Both the position numbers and the translations under genes were made by a program. Under the pieces are notes generated by a model. The model did no database searches. It saw only the letters and a program-made list of their open reading frames with translations, and was not told the origin of the DNA. 64,000 nt of DNA from Lytechinus pictus (taxonomy: Eukaryota): contig NC_087249.1 in the NCBI RefSeq assembly GCF_037042905.1, positions 7,194,001-7,258,000 on the forward strand, written 5' to 3'. Shown here in pieces: positions 34,759 through 47,465 of this stretch (positions are counted from its first letter, which is position 1; every line of letters begins with the position of its first letter).

Positions 34759-37470
34759 TTTAAATCCTTGGAATTTAGATGACACTATCAGAACGATTCT
34801 AGTCGAATTTGATTGGCTTATTGTGTGTAAGCAAAGACTGTGTTCTAAGGAAGACTGATCCAAATCTAGTATTTGTTTTTTTCTTGAACTTTTAGTTGAG
34901 TTTGTTCTGCTAACATGAATGTTGATCATAACCATTTAGGTCAACTAACATTCTGACAGGAATATTCAGTCTTTGACATTTGGTCATACACGAATTTTTG
35001 AACTGCAAGTTTTCTATCAGCCGACCAAATGCAATGATATCAGTACCTTGTTAAAACAGAATTTAAGTTAGTTAACCTTCAGCAATTACTTGTAACTTTG
35101 TTATTCTCACAAATTTGTCAAACGAGACCGATTTGTGGTGCGTTAAGACCTCTATTCCTTTTAGTTTTTTTCTTCACCCCTTTAATTGGAGTCCCGAAGG
35201 GGTCCCACAGTGTGCCCCTTAGATACGACACTGCTTAGGTCTTGCCATTATATTACTTGATGCCCCCGCGGGCTATTAAGACTAAAAAAAACCACCCCAA
35301 AACCATAAAACACCGATTATTTCATTTCGTCTATTGTTTAATACTTATTTCAAATTGCATTTCATCCGAGTCCTAGTCTGGTCATACTCGGGTCTGGTAT
35401 GATGATACATTTTGTAGGATTACATTTTATACAGGCCTACATCGGAGACAGCACTATTGATTATCTTAGCCCCCCCTTCCCCCCTACACCTCTCCATGAA
35501 ATAAATGCCAATAATCATGTTCACAAAAAGGCGCTGAATCTATCGTCACAAGATGATTATGCCGATATAAGTCGAACATGAATCATAATGGGATATCTCC
35601 TGTAACATAATAGGCAACAGAGCGAAGAGAAACCGTGACTTGCAATTGACAAGGCTTGTTTGTTGGCAAAGATATGTTTCTTTGTCAATCAGGCTTATTC
35701 GACCCATCATGTGCGCCAACCAACACCCGGCTCTATGAGGTCAATGATGACTTCCAATGAGTCTAATAAGCTTTTAATTTCGCCTTCACGAGGTCCGTGG
35801 ACATGTATATGATAATTGACTCATTACCGTTGTATTGATGCAGTCAGTTTAGCAGATTATCCTATTTTATTTGTAATCCGAAATATCCGGATTAAGCATC
35901 TCATTACCGAGTAATAGGGCGTTGGCTATTGACTGTTAACTCCATGTGAATTGACAGCCACCGCTCCCCCGTCAATCGTGTTTATGGTTTGGCCCAGGTC
36001 CGTTCCCGCCAGATCTGTCAGCGACTTCCAGTTCGTCTGCTTGTAGAAATGTAGTCCCACGCGGTGCTAAATTTGTAAGTAATTGTGCTGGATATACCGA
36101 CAGACAGTTGAATTCACGGGTCAGGAAATGGCGCTAATGCCGCTCGTGTCGCAGAGGATTTGTATGAAGATTTCTCGACCACGCTTCCAATTGTTTCGAC
36201 AGATTATCATTTGGGGAATTGTCTGACAAAGTGGAAATGAAACTTGATTCAAAGTGTATGTGATTCATCCTCTCATTTGCCATCACTTACTGTCTTCTAA
36301 ATGAACCACATTACAATAAGTACATCTTAACAAATACAGGCAAATCTATAGGCCAATGCAATGCATCGCTCACAAAATGTATAATGTGCCTATGTTCTTA
36401 GAACCACTTTCGACAGTTTTGCAATTAATTTATCATTTATATAGATTAAAAGACTTTTCTTCTCTTCAATATAGGCTAGCCTTTATCGTAATACTTGCTT
36501 AGTTGGACGGTGATAATTATTAGGATACTGGCCTGACGTTTCCAGCATGACCAAAGTACCATATTTCCCGAGATCGTTTTTTTTTTTTGCATTTGTTCCG
36601 ATGTTCCCGCGAACCCATTTGTGGATACTGGTTCGTCATGTGTTTTCAGAATATTGAATACAACACATAAAGGGGGGGGGGGGGGTCATTAAATAACCTA
36701 AAGAAATGGAAGCCGAAAACACGATGATTATTTCTGAGATTAAAATAAAAACTTAGATTCAAAATTTCCAACTTCAAAGCTACTATTATCATGATAATGC
36801 GATCTCAGGTAGATAGCAATGTATAGCTAGATCTCTTAAGATAAGCCTTCGCTCAAAGTCCAAGAAGGTCACCTTGCGATCATCTGTCAGAAGGGATATT
36901 GTCTTCTGATTTGTTTTGTTTTGTCCGTTTGCTTGTTGTTTTGTGTGGATTTTTTGGGGGGGTGGGTGTCCACTCTTATAAAAAAAAGGTGGGAATTGGA
37001 ACCCTTACCCCCCGTATTTTGGAACCTTCGAAAAAAGAAGCTGAAAGGTTCTAAACAGCCACTTTTGAAACCCTTGAAGGTTCCAAATACGGCAGAAGTT
37101 ATTGAACCCTCTAAGAACCCCTTTTTCATTGGGTGTAACATGTCATCCATTATCATTCAGTAGGTCCATGTAGAAGGGGCAAAATGCCATAGTGGTATTA
37201 AGACCCCCTCCCCCCCCCTTTGACTTGATTAGTTCTAAACGGTAAATGACCGAAGTTAATAAGGTCTGCTCGATGTGCCAAGTACCATCGTGCCGATTCG
37301 TCACCTATTGTCAAAAGTGGAGAGAGAACCACCAAACAATAGAATGTGCTTTGTCTGAATTACTTTAAAAAGAAAGGCACGAAAAAAGGGCATGGATGAT
37401 GATAATGATGTGAAATTGGGTACAAATTTCCGATAATCTAAGCCCTTCTCTGTAGGTGGTATACACTATA

Positions 37471-38398
37471 CAGTGCGTATCAAAAAAAGTTTACACTTTG
37501 AAAAAGCCCTGGGAATTAAAAAATAAACAACATGTTGGTATTTTTCTCACATATAATCTTGGGTTTGGGTCTCTTCTATCAAATGAAAGTAAAAGTTTTG
37601 ACAGAATGTTACGCTTGAGTGAGCACTGTCCATTTTTGTAAAGCTCGCAGAAATCTGTTTGCGCAGAAATGCTCGTTTTCACCGTGTGTCAAGGGGAAAG
37701 GACGAAATCAAACTTACCCTGCGAAACATTTCTCATACATTTCTCTTGAACTTTTAGTCAATTGAAATAAAACGGATACATTCAAGCATTTTGTAACAAT
37801 TTTGCCACCCAAATTGAAATTTCAACACTTAGTAAGCACAACATTTAACATTTTAGTGCCAGCTGGATCTGAGGACATAACTAAATCTGAACAAAAGTTT
37901 ATATCAGACATCTCTAGCATATTTTCACTAAGTTTTTATCATTTAAAGTGGGTTTACATTTCATTTTTCATTCAATACTTGTTTCTCCACACTTTTTCCA
38001 AGCTTGACAATGAGTAACATAATGAAAATCAAGCCTAGGCCATTTCATGTTAATCACAGCTCAGTGTAAAGCAAATATCATCACGATGGCCTCGGTGTTG
38101 GGGAGTGATGTGGGGTGCAATGCACTCTTTGAAGTGTTTTGGGCAAGGAAACAAGTTAAAAAAGGTAAAAGATATCTTCAAATCAATTTTACTAGCTAAA
38201 TTCCACGTGTTCTTCATGATTAAGGTCTACTTTTATTCACATAACTATTTCAAGCGGAAATATTTTTTGACAGTTATATCGTCATTTGCTTAAATGGATC
38301 TGTACCAATGTTAAAATGTGGAAAAATCTTCAGGATATTACAAATTTATAATTTTACAGGATTTTTTGTAAGTGTAAACTTTTTTTTGATACGCACTG
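37471..38398. mobile_element. Tc1/mariner-like MITE (copy 1)
   Basis: TA|CAGTGCGTATCAAAAAAAGTTTACACTT ... AAGTGTAAACTTTTTTTTGATACGCACTG|TA. Confidence 0.92.
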
Positions 38399-39501
38399 TA
38401 TAGGAGCATACTTAGTCCATTTGGTAAAAGCTAATTTACCGTTTAAATTGTGAAGACATTGAGAAAATCATTTACATTACTTGAAGCCCCCCCCCCAAAA
38501 AAAAAGGGGTTATTTATATGCCCCTCCTTTCTCTTGAACCAGTCTAAAGTATTTTCCTGCATTTTCTTGTGTTCTATAACAGGTAGAGGTTAAACTCTCA
38601 TTTCAGACGAATGAAATATCATTGTTTCCCTTTCTACAAAATATTGCGTACTAAAATTTCGGACCATTGCTGCCATGACCAATAAAGAAGTACAATAGCT
38701 GGTAGACATTATAAAGCACCATCCCCACTATACTACTTCAGGATAAAGTGAATTGACAGTTTAAATCTTGGAGGTGTGCAGATAAATATTTGCGTTACAT
38801 GAAGCCCAGCCCCCGAAAAAATAAACATATATCATATCAGTAACAAAAACAACAGCATTTACATCCCCTTTCCCCTTCAATTTATCTTTCTCCGCATTTC
38901 TTGCTTTCTCTTGTATTTTAGGTCTACAAAATTACGAAACCTAGAGGAATTAAATATAATTGTTTCCTTTCTACGAATAGTAAGTACAAAGGATCTGTTC
39001 AGGGTTTCCAATAAGGGTTCCGTAAAATGAGATCGTTTTAGAGGTGGTCGACATTATTACAAAAGGACCATACCGAGTCCATGTGCATCTTTAGAATAAA
39101 GCGAATTTACAGTTTGAAGGTGTGGAGAGAAATCATTGTGTTATAAGCACCTCATAAAAATGAATGGATAGAATGAATGAATGAATAAATAAATAAATAA
39201 GAAATGATAGAAAGAAAGAAAGAAAGAATAGGAATATATAAATGAATAAATAAATAAATTAATAAATACTTTTCTCTTGACCCCTACTTCCTATTATGAC
39301 TGTCTTGCTCTCTGTTGTGTTCTAAAACAGGTAGAGAGATTACGAAACTCGGACGATATCAATGTAATTACTTCTCTTTCTGCGAAAAAAATATAACGTT
39401 CTAAAAGCGATTATCTCTGCTTTGGCCATAACCAATATGAATCACCACAAGAATTCGAGAGAATGAGATCGCTCTAATTCCTTGATATCACTTTCTGTGT
39501 A

Positions 39502-40354
39502 GGGGAAGGCGGGGTAAGTTGTGACACGTTTTGCATTTTTGCATGTTAGAATTGATTTGACTAATAATATTGTAGAAATAAATACCTTGCCTTTAAATTT
39601 GATTCTTGGGAAATATTTTGTACCTATATATAACTTTCTACCCCCACACTGAAATTCATTGTGACCTTTGAAAAAAACCGATGTCAAATGGCTCAACTTG
39701 CCCCATCTGTGGGGGTAAGTTGTGCCACCTTGTGGGGTAAGTTGAGCCACAAAAACTATGTACAAAATGTAAGCTGGAAGAACCAGCATGCCAATTTTTT
39801 ATTTCATGTCTTTTCACTTGCTTATTCTCTATAAATACTAACATCCTCTAAAAGTAAAAGAACTGTCATGTGAATTTGCATCTTTCTGCCTGCATATAAA
39901 TGGCTTTTCAAGGTTTTTATTATACATTACCATACGAATTACCATGGCTCAACTTGCCCCATGTTGGCTGGCTCAAAGTACCCCAGTCCGAACTTAATGT
40001 GATATTTTTACATCCACACATTTCTTATGCATCCATCATGTAAAAGACTATGACAAGAATGAAGATCCATACCTGGACTAACAATATTGTTCTTATTTCT
40101 TTATTGTATTTAAAGACGTGTGTGGGTAAAAAGCACTGATCTATTTTGCACCCTTTTTTACTTTTTTGGCTGAAATTTGTATTTTTCCCTCTAAAAAAGA
40201 ACTTTTGTTTTCAAGTTGAAAACAATGTGGTGGGGTAAAGGGTTATGTAATGGGTCATCAATACATGACACCACCACAATATCTGACTCATTCATTATTG
40301 GCCTGGGGGTGGTGGCTCAACTTGCCCCTATGCTCAACTTACCCCGCCTTCCCC
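39502..40354. mobile_element. pogo/Tc1-like MITE with TA TSD
   Basis: TIR GGGGAAGGCGGGGTAAGTTG at both ends, TA flanks, internal repeats TGGCTCAACTTGCCCC. Confidence 0.88.
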
Positions 40355-40546
40355 TACCTATCATTTATGTTATATTACAGGCCTTCATCATATTCCCTGA
40401 AAGAAAATGATGGAATAGTTTACTTCAATCAGGTGATATTCCATCCCATTAACTCCCTGTTACCCCCCCCCCCACCCCCATCTCTGCCCCTCCCCTGTCC
40501 CCTTTCACTTTCTCTCCCTCTCAATTTCTCTTTCTCACTCTCTCTA

Positions 40547-41496
40547 CAGTGCGTATCAATAAAATTTTACACTTTGGAAAAGCCCTGGGAATTAAAAAAT
40601 ATACAACATGTGCTTAATTTTTTCACATATTATCTTGTGTTTGGGTCTCATCTATCCAATGAAAGTAAAAGTTTTGATAGAATGTTACACTTGAGTGAAT
40701 ACTGTCCGTTTTTGTAAAGCTCGCAGAAATCTGTTTGCGCAGAAATGCTCATTTTCACGCTGTGTCAAGGGGAAAGGGCGAAATTAAACTCAACCTGTGA
40801 AACATTTCTCATACATTTCCCTTGCACATTTAGTCAATTGAATTAAAACGGATACATTCAAGCATTTTGTAACAATTTTGCCACCCAAATTGAAATTTCA
40901 ACACTTAGTAAGCACAACCTTTACCCATTTTGTGCCTGCTGGATCTGAGCTCATAACTGAATCTGAACAAAAGTTTATATCAAACATCTCAAGTATTTTT
41001 TTATCATTTAAAGTGGGTTTACAGTTCATTTTTCATTTTCTCCACGCTCTTCCCAAGCTTGACAATGATTAACAAAATGAAAATCAAGCCTAAGCCATTT
41101 CATGTAAATCACAGCTCAGTGTAAAGCAAATATCGTCACAATTGCCTCTGTGTGTGGGGGAGTGGGGTGGGGCGTAATGCACTCTTCGAAGTGTTTTGGG
41201 CAAGGAACAAGTTTAAAAAGGTAAAAGATATCTTCAAATCAATTGTAATAGCTGAACTACACGTGTCCTTCATGATTAAGGTCTACTTTTATTCGCATAA
41301 CTATTTCAAAGTTCTGCGCAAAAACTTTTCAAAAGTAAGTGGTGCTCACTCAAGCGGAAATATTTTTCTACAGTTATATCGTCATTTGCTCAAATGGATC
41401 TGTACCAATGTTAAAATGTGGACATTTTTTTAGGATATTACAAATGTATAATTTTAAAGGATTTTTTCGAAGTGTGAACTTTTTTGATACGCACTG
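40547..41496. mobile_element. Tc1/mariner-like MITE (copy 2)
   Basis: Same TIR and TA TSD; collinear with 37471-38398. Confidence 0.92.
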
Positions 41497-41850
41497 TATA
41501 TCTCTCTACCTCTCAAACTTGTCTCACTCATCAGGACCAGCCAACTGCCACATAAAACATCAAGTGTCCTAAATACTTGAGCTTGGGTATTTAGTCACAT
41601 CATTCAAGTTTACAGAAGCTTTTATAATCATTCTAACTCAAAGGCTAGGAGTGTGTGAAATGAAAAAGTAATAACAATTACAATTGCTTGTCAATTATCA
41701 CCTGTTTGTAAGTGAGTGTATACGAATTATAGAGGAAATAACACAATGACTTATAAATCAACGTTTTGAAAATACAGCCTATTTATTATGTTATGTGACG
41801 GGGAAGTTAGGCGGAAATCACTGCTAATAACTATTATTGAATTAAGTACT

Positions 41851-42043
41851 GGTGGGTGTTTCATAAAGCTGTTCATAAGTTAAGAGCGACTTTAAGAACG
41901 ACTAGTGAACCTGTCTTACGTGCTAAATAATCACCAATGGACATTAATGGTGAATATCATTTACCACAAGAAAGGATCACCAGTCGTTCTTAAACATGTT
42001 AAAGTTACTCGTAACTTACGAACAGCTTTATGAAACGGCCCCC
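41851..42043. mobile_element. Palindromic Harbinger-like MITE
   Basis: GTTTCATAAAGCTGTTC.TAAGTT ... AACTTACGAACAGCTTTATGAAAC; CTG/CAG flanks. Confidence 0.8.
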
Positions 42044-42188
42044 AGGTGTACTAAAATGTAAGAATGTAAATGCATAATAATCGACTTTTTTTCAAAATGT
42101 AGGTCTACACTTACAATTGCGGGGATATATTTCTATTTTAACATTTTTTGTAACAATATATGTATGTCATAATTATCATTACAGACGA

Positions 42189-42560
42189 CGGTAAATTGCC
42201 AATTCGTCTAATGACAAATCGTCGACTCACCACAAGGTCTACCTCCATTTAGTCTAATGCAATTCCGTCCATCAACATTTCGTCTAACAACAATTTGGTC
42301 CAATAACCATTTGGTCCAATCATCACTTCGTCTAATCACCATTTCGTCTCATAACCAGTTGTTCTAATGCTCATTTCATTTTCATTCATTTTGCACAATT
42401 AGCACTTAGGACAATTAAACCAAATGGTGTGGACTTAATGGCTATTGGGCTAACTGGTTATTAGACAAAATGGTGAGTGGACGAAATGGCAATTAGACCA
42501 TCTGGATAGTGGACGAACCGATGTTAGACGAAATGATAGTAGACGAGTTGGCATTAGACC
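42189..42560. mobile_element. Foldback-like element built from ~16-bp repeats (CATTT(G/C)GTCTAA) that switch strand at the centre
   Basis: Starts CGGTAAATTGCCAATTCGTC; an inverted copy at ~47040-47465 ends GGACGAATTGGCAATTTGCCG. Confidence 0.75.
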
Positions 42561-43060
42561 ATTGCAGACCATTATTAGAGACCATTTTCCCTCGTCGATA
42601 TATTTTTCTACATGTAATGTAGTGTCTAGACTAATTCAAAACATGATATGAAGAATATAGATTTTATGCACATCCATTTTAATTCAAATTGATAATAAAC
42701 TCTCCATAAATTATACAGCAAAACTCCTTAATATTCTTTTATAGGTAATGCTACTCTTTAACAATGAGCGAGATTTGTTTAAATTTCATACAGTTCTACA
42801 ACCCAATTACTAAACACAAACTGAATAGCCATAAAGTTATTTTTAAAGTATCATACATCCTTGTACAATATTACGAGCGGAACTATTCACAGACAAAATC
42901 ATGCCTATAATCCCATATTTTAAAATGAAATTATAGATGGGTTTGAATATATATAACTCCAACGAATGGAAAGGAAAAACATGTTAAACCCCCGTGTTTA
43001 AAATAAAAATCATGCTTTTAGGTTGCAGTTGATTGGAATGGTTAACCAACGGTTGATTAA

Positions 43061-44008
43061 CAGTGCATATCAATAAAAAGTTTCCACTTTGAGAAAGTCG
43101 CCGAAATTGAAAAAAAATACAACATTTTGTCACAATGTCTTTAGGGCTTTGATCTTATCTATCAGATAAAAAAGAATACATTTTTGACAGAATGCTTGAG
43201 TGAGCACTGTCTATTTTGTGAAGCTCGCAGAAATCGGTTTGCAGAAAATGATAACTTTTACTCTGTCTCAAGGAAAAAGGGCGAACAACGAACAGACCTT
43301 TGGGGGCAATTTTAGTCAATGGAAATGAAACATTTTTTCTGCCCCAATAAACATTGCCCAACCCTAGGTAAATTTAACTTTTGGTTGCTTGTGCCTGCTG
43401 GATCTGAGGACATAAATTTGAATAAATCAAAGTCAGTAAAAGTTTGTTTCAGATATTTTCAGCATTTTTCTTTATCAAAGTTTTGTCATTTATAGAGGGT
43501 TTACAAACTTCATTTCATACTTGTTTCTCAACATGTCCCCCATGCATGACAAGGAATATTAGAAGAAAAACAACTTAACCTAATACATTTCGTGTGAATC
43601 ACTGCTACATGTAAAGCAGATTTCATCGTGATGGTCTAGGTGTGTGGAAGGGGGGGGGGGGGTCAGTGACATTATTTTGAGGAGGTGTTTTGGCCCTCCA
43701 AAAAGTTATAACGGAAAGAGATATCCTCAAATCAAAAGCGTTTTAGCTTAAGTCCATGCGCTCTTCATGTAAACGTCTACTTTTACCTATATAACTATTT
43801 TCAAGTGCCGTTGCGCAAATCATTTTTCACGAACCTTATAAAAGTAAGTGGTGCTCTCTCAAGCGGAAAGATTTGTTGATAGTCATAGTTATCGCCTTTC
43901 GCTTAAAGAGACCTGTACCAATAAAAAAAAATTGGGAAAAGCCTTATTATATATTACAAATGTATAATTTTATAGGGTTATTTCAAAGTGTATTTCTATT
44001 ACTCACTG
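43061..44008. mobile_element. Tc1/mariner-like MITE (older, diverged copy 3)
   Basis: CAGTGCATATCAA... start, ...CACTG end; internal blocks (AAGCTCGCAGAAATC, GCTGGATCTGAGGACATAA) shared with copies 1 and 2. Confidence 0.8.
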
Positions 44009-45834
44009 TCATATAGGCTTATGTATCAAATAATCTAACAGGCCTAGGTTGGTTAAAATATTACCGAGAGTGTACGTGAACACCTCTCCTCTCACATGCT
44101 TTGCCCTCTCCCCATATACCCCGGCTATATCGATAAGGGAAAATAAAAACTTTAGACTTTATCCTTAAGAGGCTGTCCCATTGAGATCTCAATAATAGCA
44201 TTTCAAGTTGAATTAAAAATTCAGCAATTTGTGTCATTCGACTCGATTGAGGTTAAAGCAACAGCGTCTGGTAGGCATTACGGTCCCTCGGCAGCGACTC
44301 TGATAACTTTGATTCCATATTTAATACCTCGGGTCTATATCCTCTGGGTATATCATGTGATAATTGAATTACGCTTGGGTAACAATTTGAACGACAATAG
44401 ACGCGGTTAGCATCAGAAATGTACCGGAGTTCGGAGCGGTTTTCCCCCTTCTCCGGGGACCGTTTGGCGGGGACGGATTCCATCGCAGGAAGCACGATAT
44501 GTGAGAAGGCTCTGTTGTCAAGGGAGCCGTGATTTTCCCTCTTTTTTGTTGCAAATCTACCGGGTTTTTATAGTGAGATGAAAAATGTGAGAGAAATATT
44601 GCGAAAGGATAATTTCCTTATGGTAAGCTACATGCAGGTACCAGGGCTGTGTACGGGAGGGTGGGGGTGGGGGGGGGGGGACGTCCTCTTAGCCCTCTTT
44701 TTAGGGGCAGAAAAAAAGTGAGAGAAAATAACAAAAAGGAAGAAACAACGTCGAAAGTTAGATATCATGGACAAACACCAGTAATGACAACCACAGAATC
44801 TATACCGGTGTCAATTTTTTTTAATAGTTATAAGCTTTCGGAGCCCCCCCCCCAATCTTGTTTTTAGATGGTGGAAGGGGTGTAATTTTATTACTTGCCC
44901 CGGGTATTGTTTCTTTATACAAATAACTATATCAGCTATAAATTATGCAGTGTCTGAAATTCATGGCAATGGTTTTGCTTCTGAGATAAAGAGATACAAA
45001 CTTTGAAACGATTAGAAAACGATGTCTATGTATAATTCATATTGAAAAATAATATTTTGTGAAAAGAGGAAAAATAAATGTATATTTGAATTGAATTGAA
45101 TTGAATCAAATTGAATTGACAATAGTATATCAAAGTAATATGGGGTTGTTTTCATAAATTCTGAGGTATGTGACAAGCCAAATATTATTAAAATTTGTTT
45201 TAAAGACACATGCATTTTATACCTGTCCATTCAAAATGATTCTATTATTGGTGATATTAACCAAAAAATCTGTTGTATTTTATTCTCATTATATACTGTT
45301 TGAAAAAAAAAATAGGGCCTTATCGTACTTCGAGATATCATGGGTAATATTCATGTCGTCACCTTCCTATTCAAGTTCTAAACCAAAACTCCAGCATAAA
45401 ACAAATAAAAATCGACCCCCTTGTTGAGTTAAGTCGGCCCATTAACCTACTCCGATCCTTGACATTGTTAATCGAGTGTATCAAGAGAGGGATCGAATTA
45501 TAATGAAGGGTGAGTTCGAGACCTCTCAATAGCCTCTTACATCTTGTATACAAGAACAAGCGTAATATTTTTTTGTGGGGGTGCAAGAATTAAAACAAAT
45601 ATTCAGGAAACATGCAGTTGAGAGGGGATTTTTTTTTGCATTTTTTAAATTGAAATTAAAAGGGTCTAGTTCAACTTTTTAAAAGATTCCAAATAGTAAA
45701 ATTCTTGGTGGGCTTTGAGCATTTTAGGGGCAAATCCACCCCAGTTGCCTGTGGCAAGGGGTATCACTGTTACAATTAGTATTACGGATGATTGTTTTAA
45801 TTTAGTATTGTTAAACACCAGTTTAGGTACACTG

Positions 45835-46025
45835 TGTGTGTGTATTTGAGTTTTGTGAGACGTGTATCAATCAGATATGATTATTTACGTCTGGAACCGA
45901 CCTTTAACGTCACCATCCGAAAGACGTGACCAGGGCTCGAACCTCGAACCTCTGCATCAATTTGTAACTTCCCCGCATAGCTTGGATTACAGTCGCACGC
46001 CTGTACACTATCGAAACGCCTGGCT
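45835..46025 (-). mobile_element. tRNA-derived SINE with a Nin/Deu-like central domain and (CA)n tail
   Basis: Minus strand: GGTTCGAGCCC box B followed by GTCTTTCGGATGGTGACGTTAAAGGTCGGTTCC; ends in ACACACAC. Confidence 0.65.
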
Positions 46026-46034
46026 ATAGGTAAT

Positions 46035-46239
46035 CTATAATCTAGGCGGAGGCTGCAGTTATTGTCTTTGCTGCTGTTAACCTGAACGCAAGCGATACGT
46101 CTGATCTGGCAAAGACTACGCATTGTGGCCGCGTTAGCTGCTAACGCAGTCACAACGCGTAGTCTTCGCCAGATCAGACGTATCGCTTACGTTCAGCACA
46201 ACAGCAGGAAAATAACTGCAGCCTCCGCCTAGATTATAG
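46035..46239. repeat. ~205-bp near-perfect palindrome (foldback MITE)
   Basis: Arms CTATAATCTAGGCGGAGGCTGCAGTTATT...GCGTTAGC | T | GCTAACGC...AATAACTGCAGCCTCCGCCTAGATTATAG. Confidence 0.92.
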
Positions 46240-47039
46240 GCTAGGCTATAGGAGATGAAGCCAATTTTCTCTTGCACAAATGGCAGATATTTATGTTTAA
46301 TTGCTGTTAACATAAAACCGAGTAAACAGTAAACTTATCCGTGAAAAAGATCGAAATGTTTTCTCAATGTAATATCACGTAAAAAACATTGTAAGTAGGC
46401 ACATAAGACGACAAAGTCTGGTATTTGGAATGATTGTATACATTTGAATATGTTGCCATATTTTATTGGATTTCAACGTAAGCGAGAGAGCATATGAAAT
46501 GTGCCCTGGGAAATGTGTATGATTATACCTTTACCCACAGATCCTACTAGAACAGAAATCAAAAGAATTAGGCCTTACTATAAACCACCTGTAGATCTCT
46601 ATTTTGTAAATGTGTACCTATATGTTCAGAATATTTACAAGCCAAGAACAAGGTCGATACATGATTTTGAACCAGTAGATAGATCACCGGAGCCGGGTCC
46701 CTTTTCGCAAAGACTACATCTTACAAACTGCACAATTTCTTTACCAGGTTTAGTATCATCCAATCGAATTGCTTGATTTCCGTAGCTTTAAACTCTTATT
46801 TTCAAAATTGCCATTTTAACAAGTTTTATGAAACGGGCCCTCGAAGTAAGATGGGATTGTAATACACAGCGGGGTGTCCACATTGTTTCACAGATATTTA
46901 ACCTCACGGTGCGATGCTGAATATTTGGTGGCGTTTAGTCTCCTGGTTTCTAAACCACCTCCAAAAAATGTGACAGAAATTTCAGCTTTGACAGGGTGAT
47001 GACAGAAGCTACGTGTATTTTTTTTTGTAAGTCGTTCCC

Positions 47040-47465
47040 GAAGTTTATTTTCATTTGGTCCAATGCCAATTCGTCCATTGACAACTCGTCTACTATCGTT
47101 TGGTCTATATCAGTTCGTCCAATAGGCCTATCCACATGGTCTAATTGTCATTTCGTCCACTCACCATTTCGTCTAATGACCAGTTGGTCCAATAGCTATT
47201 TAGTCCATATACCATTTGGTCTAATTAGACTTTGTGTCAACTGGGCAAAATGAATGAAAATAAAACGAGTATTTGACCAACTGTTTATGAGACGAACTGG
47301 TCATACACCAACTGATTATTAGACGAAGTGGTGATTAGACCAAATGGTTATTGGATCAAATGGTTGTTACACGAAATGTTGGTGGACGGAATTGCATTAA
47401 ACTAAAATGTGGTAGACCATGTGATGAGTGGACGAGTTGGCAGTGGACGAATTGGCAATTTGCCG
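47040..47465. mobile_element. Inverted copy of the 42189-42560 foldback-like element
   Basis: Reverse-complement similarity over most of its length. Confidence 0.75.

Noticed and set aside
37456..41572. Duplicated ORFs (MPPKLKFQHLVSTTF..., ...KKVKDIFKSI...) as a gene family or transposase
   Set aside because: They recur only because two copies of the same MITE are present; no DDE/HTH motifs and frames are not preserved
42189..42560. Short regularly spaced repeats resembling a CRISPR array (also 59725-60065 and 27160-27720)
   Set aside because: Eukaryotic context, degenerate repeats, spacers related to each other, no cas genes
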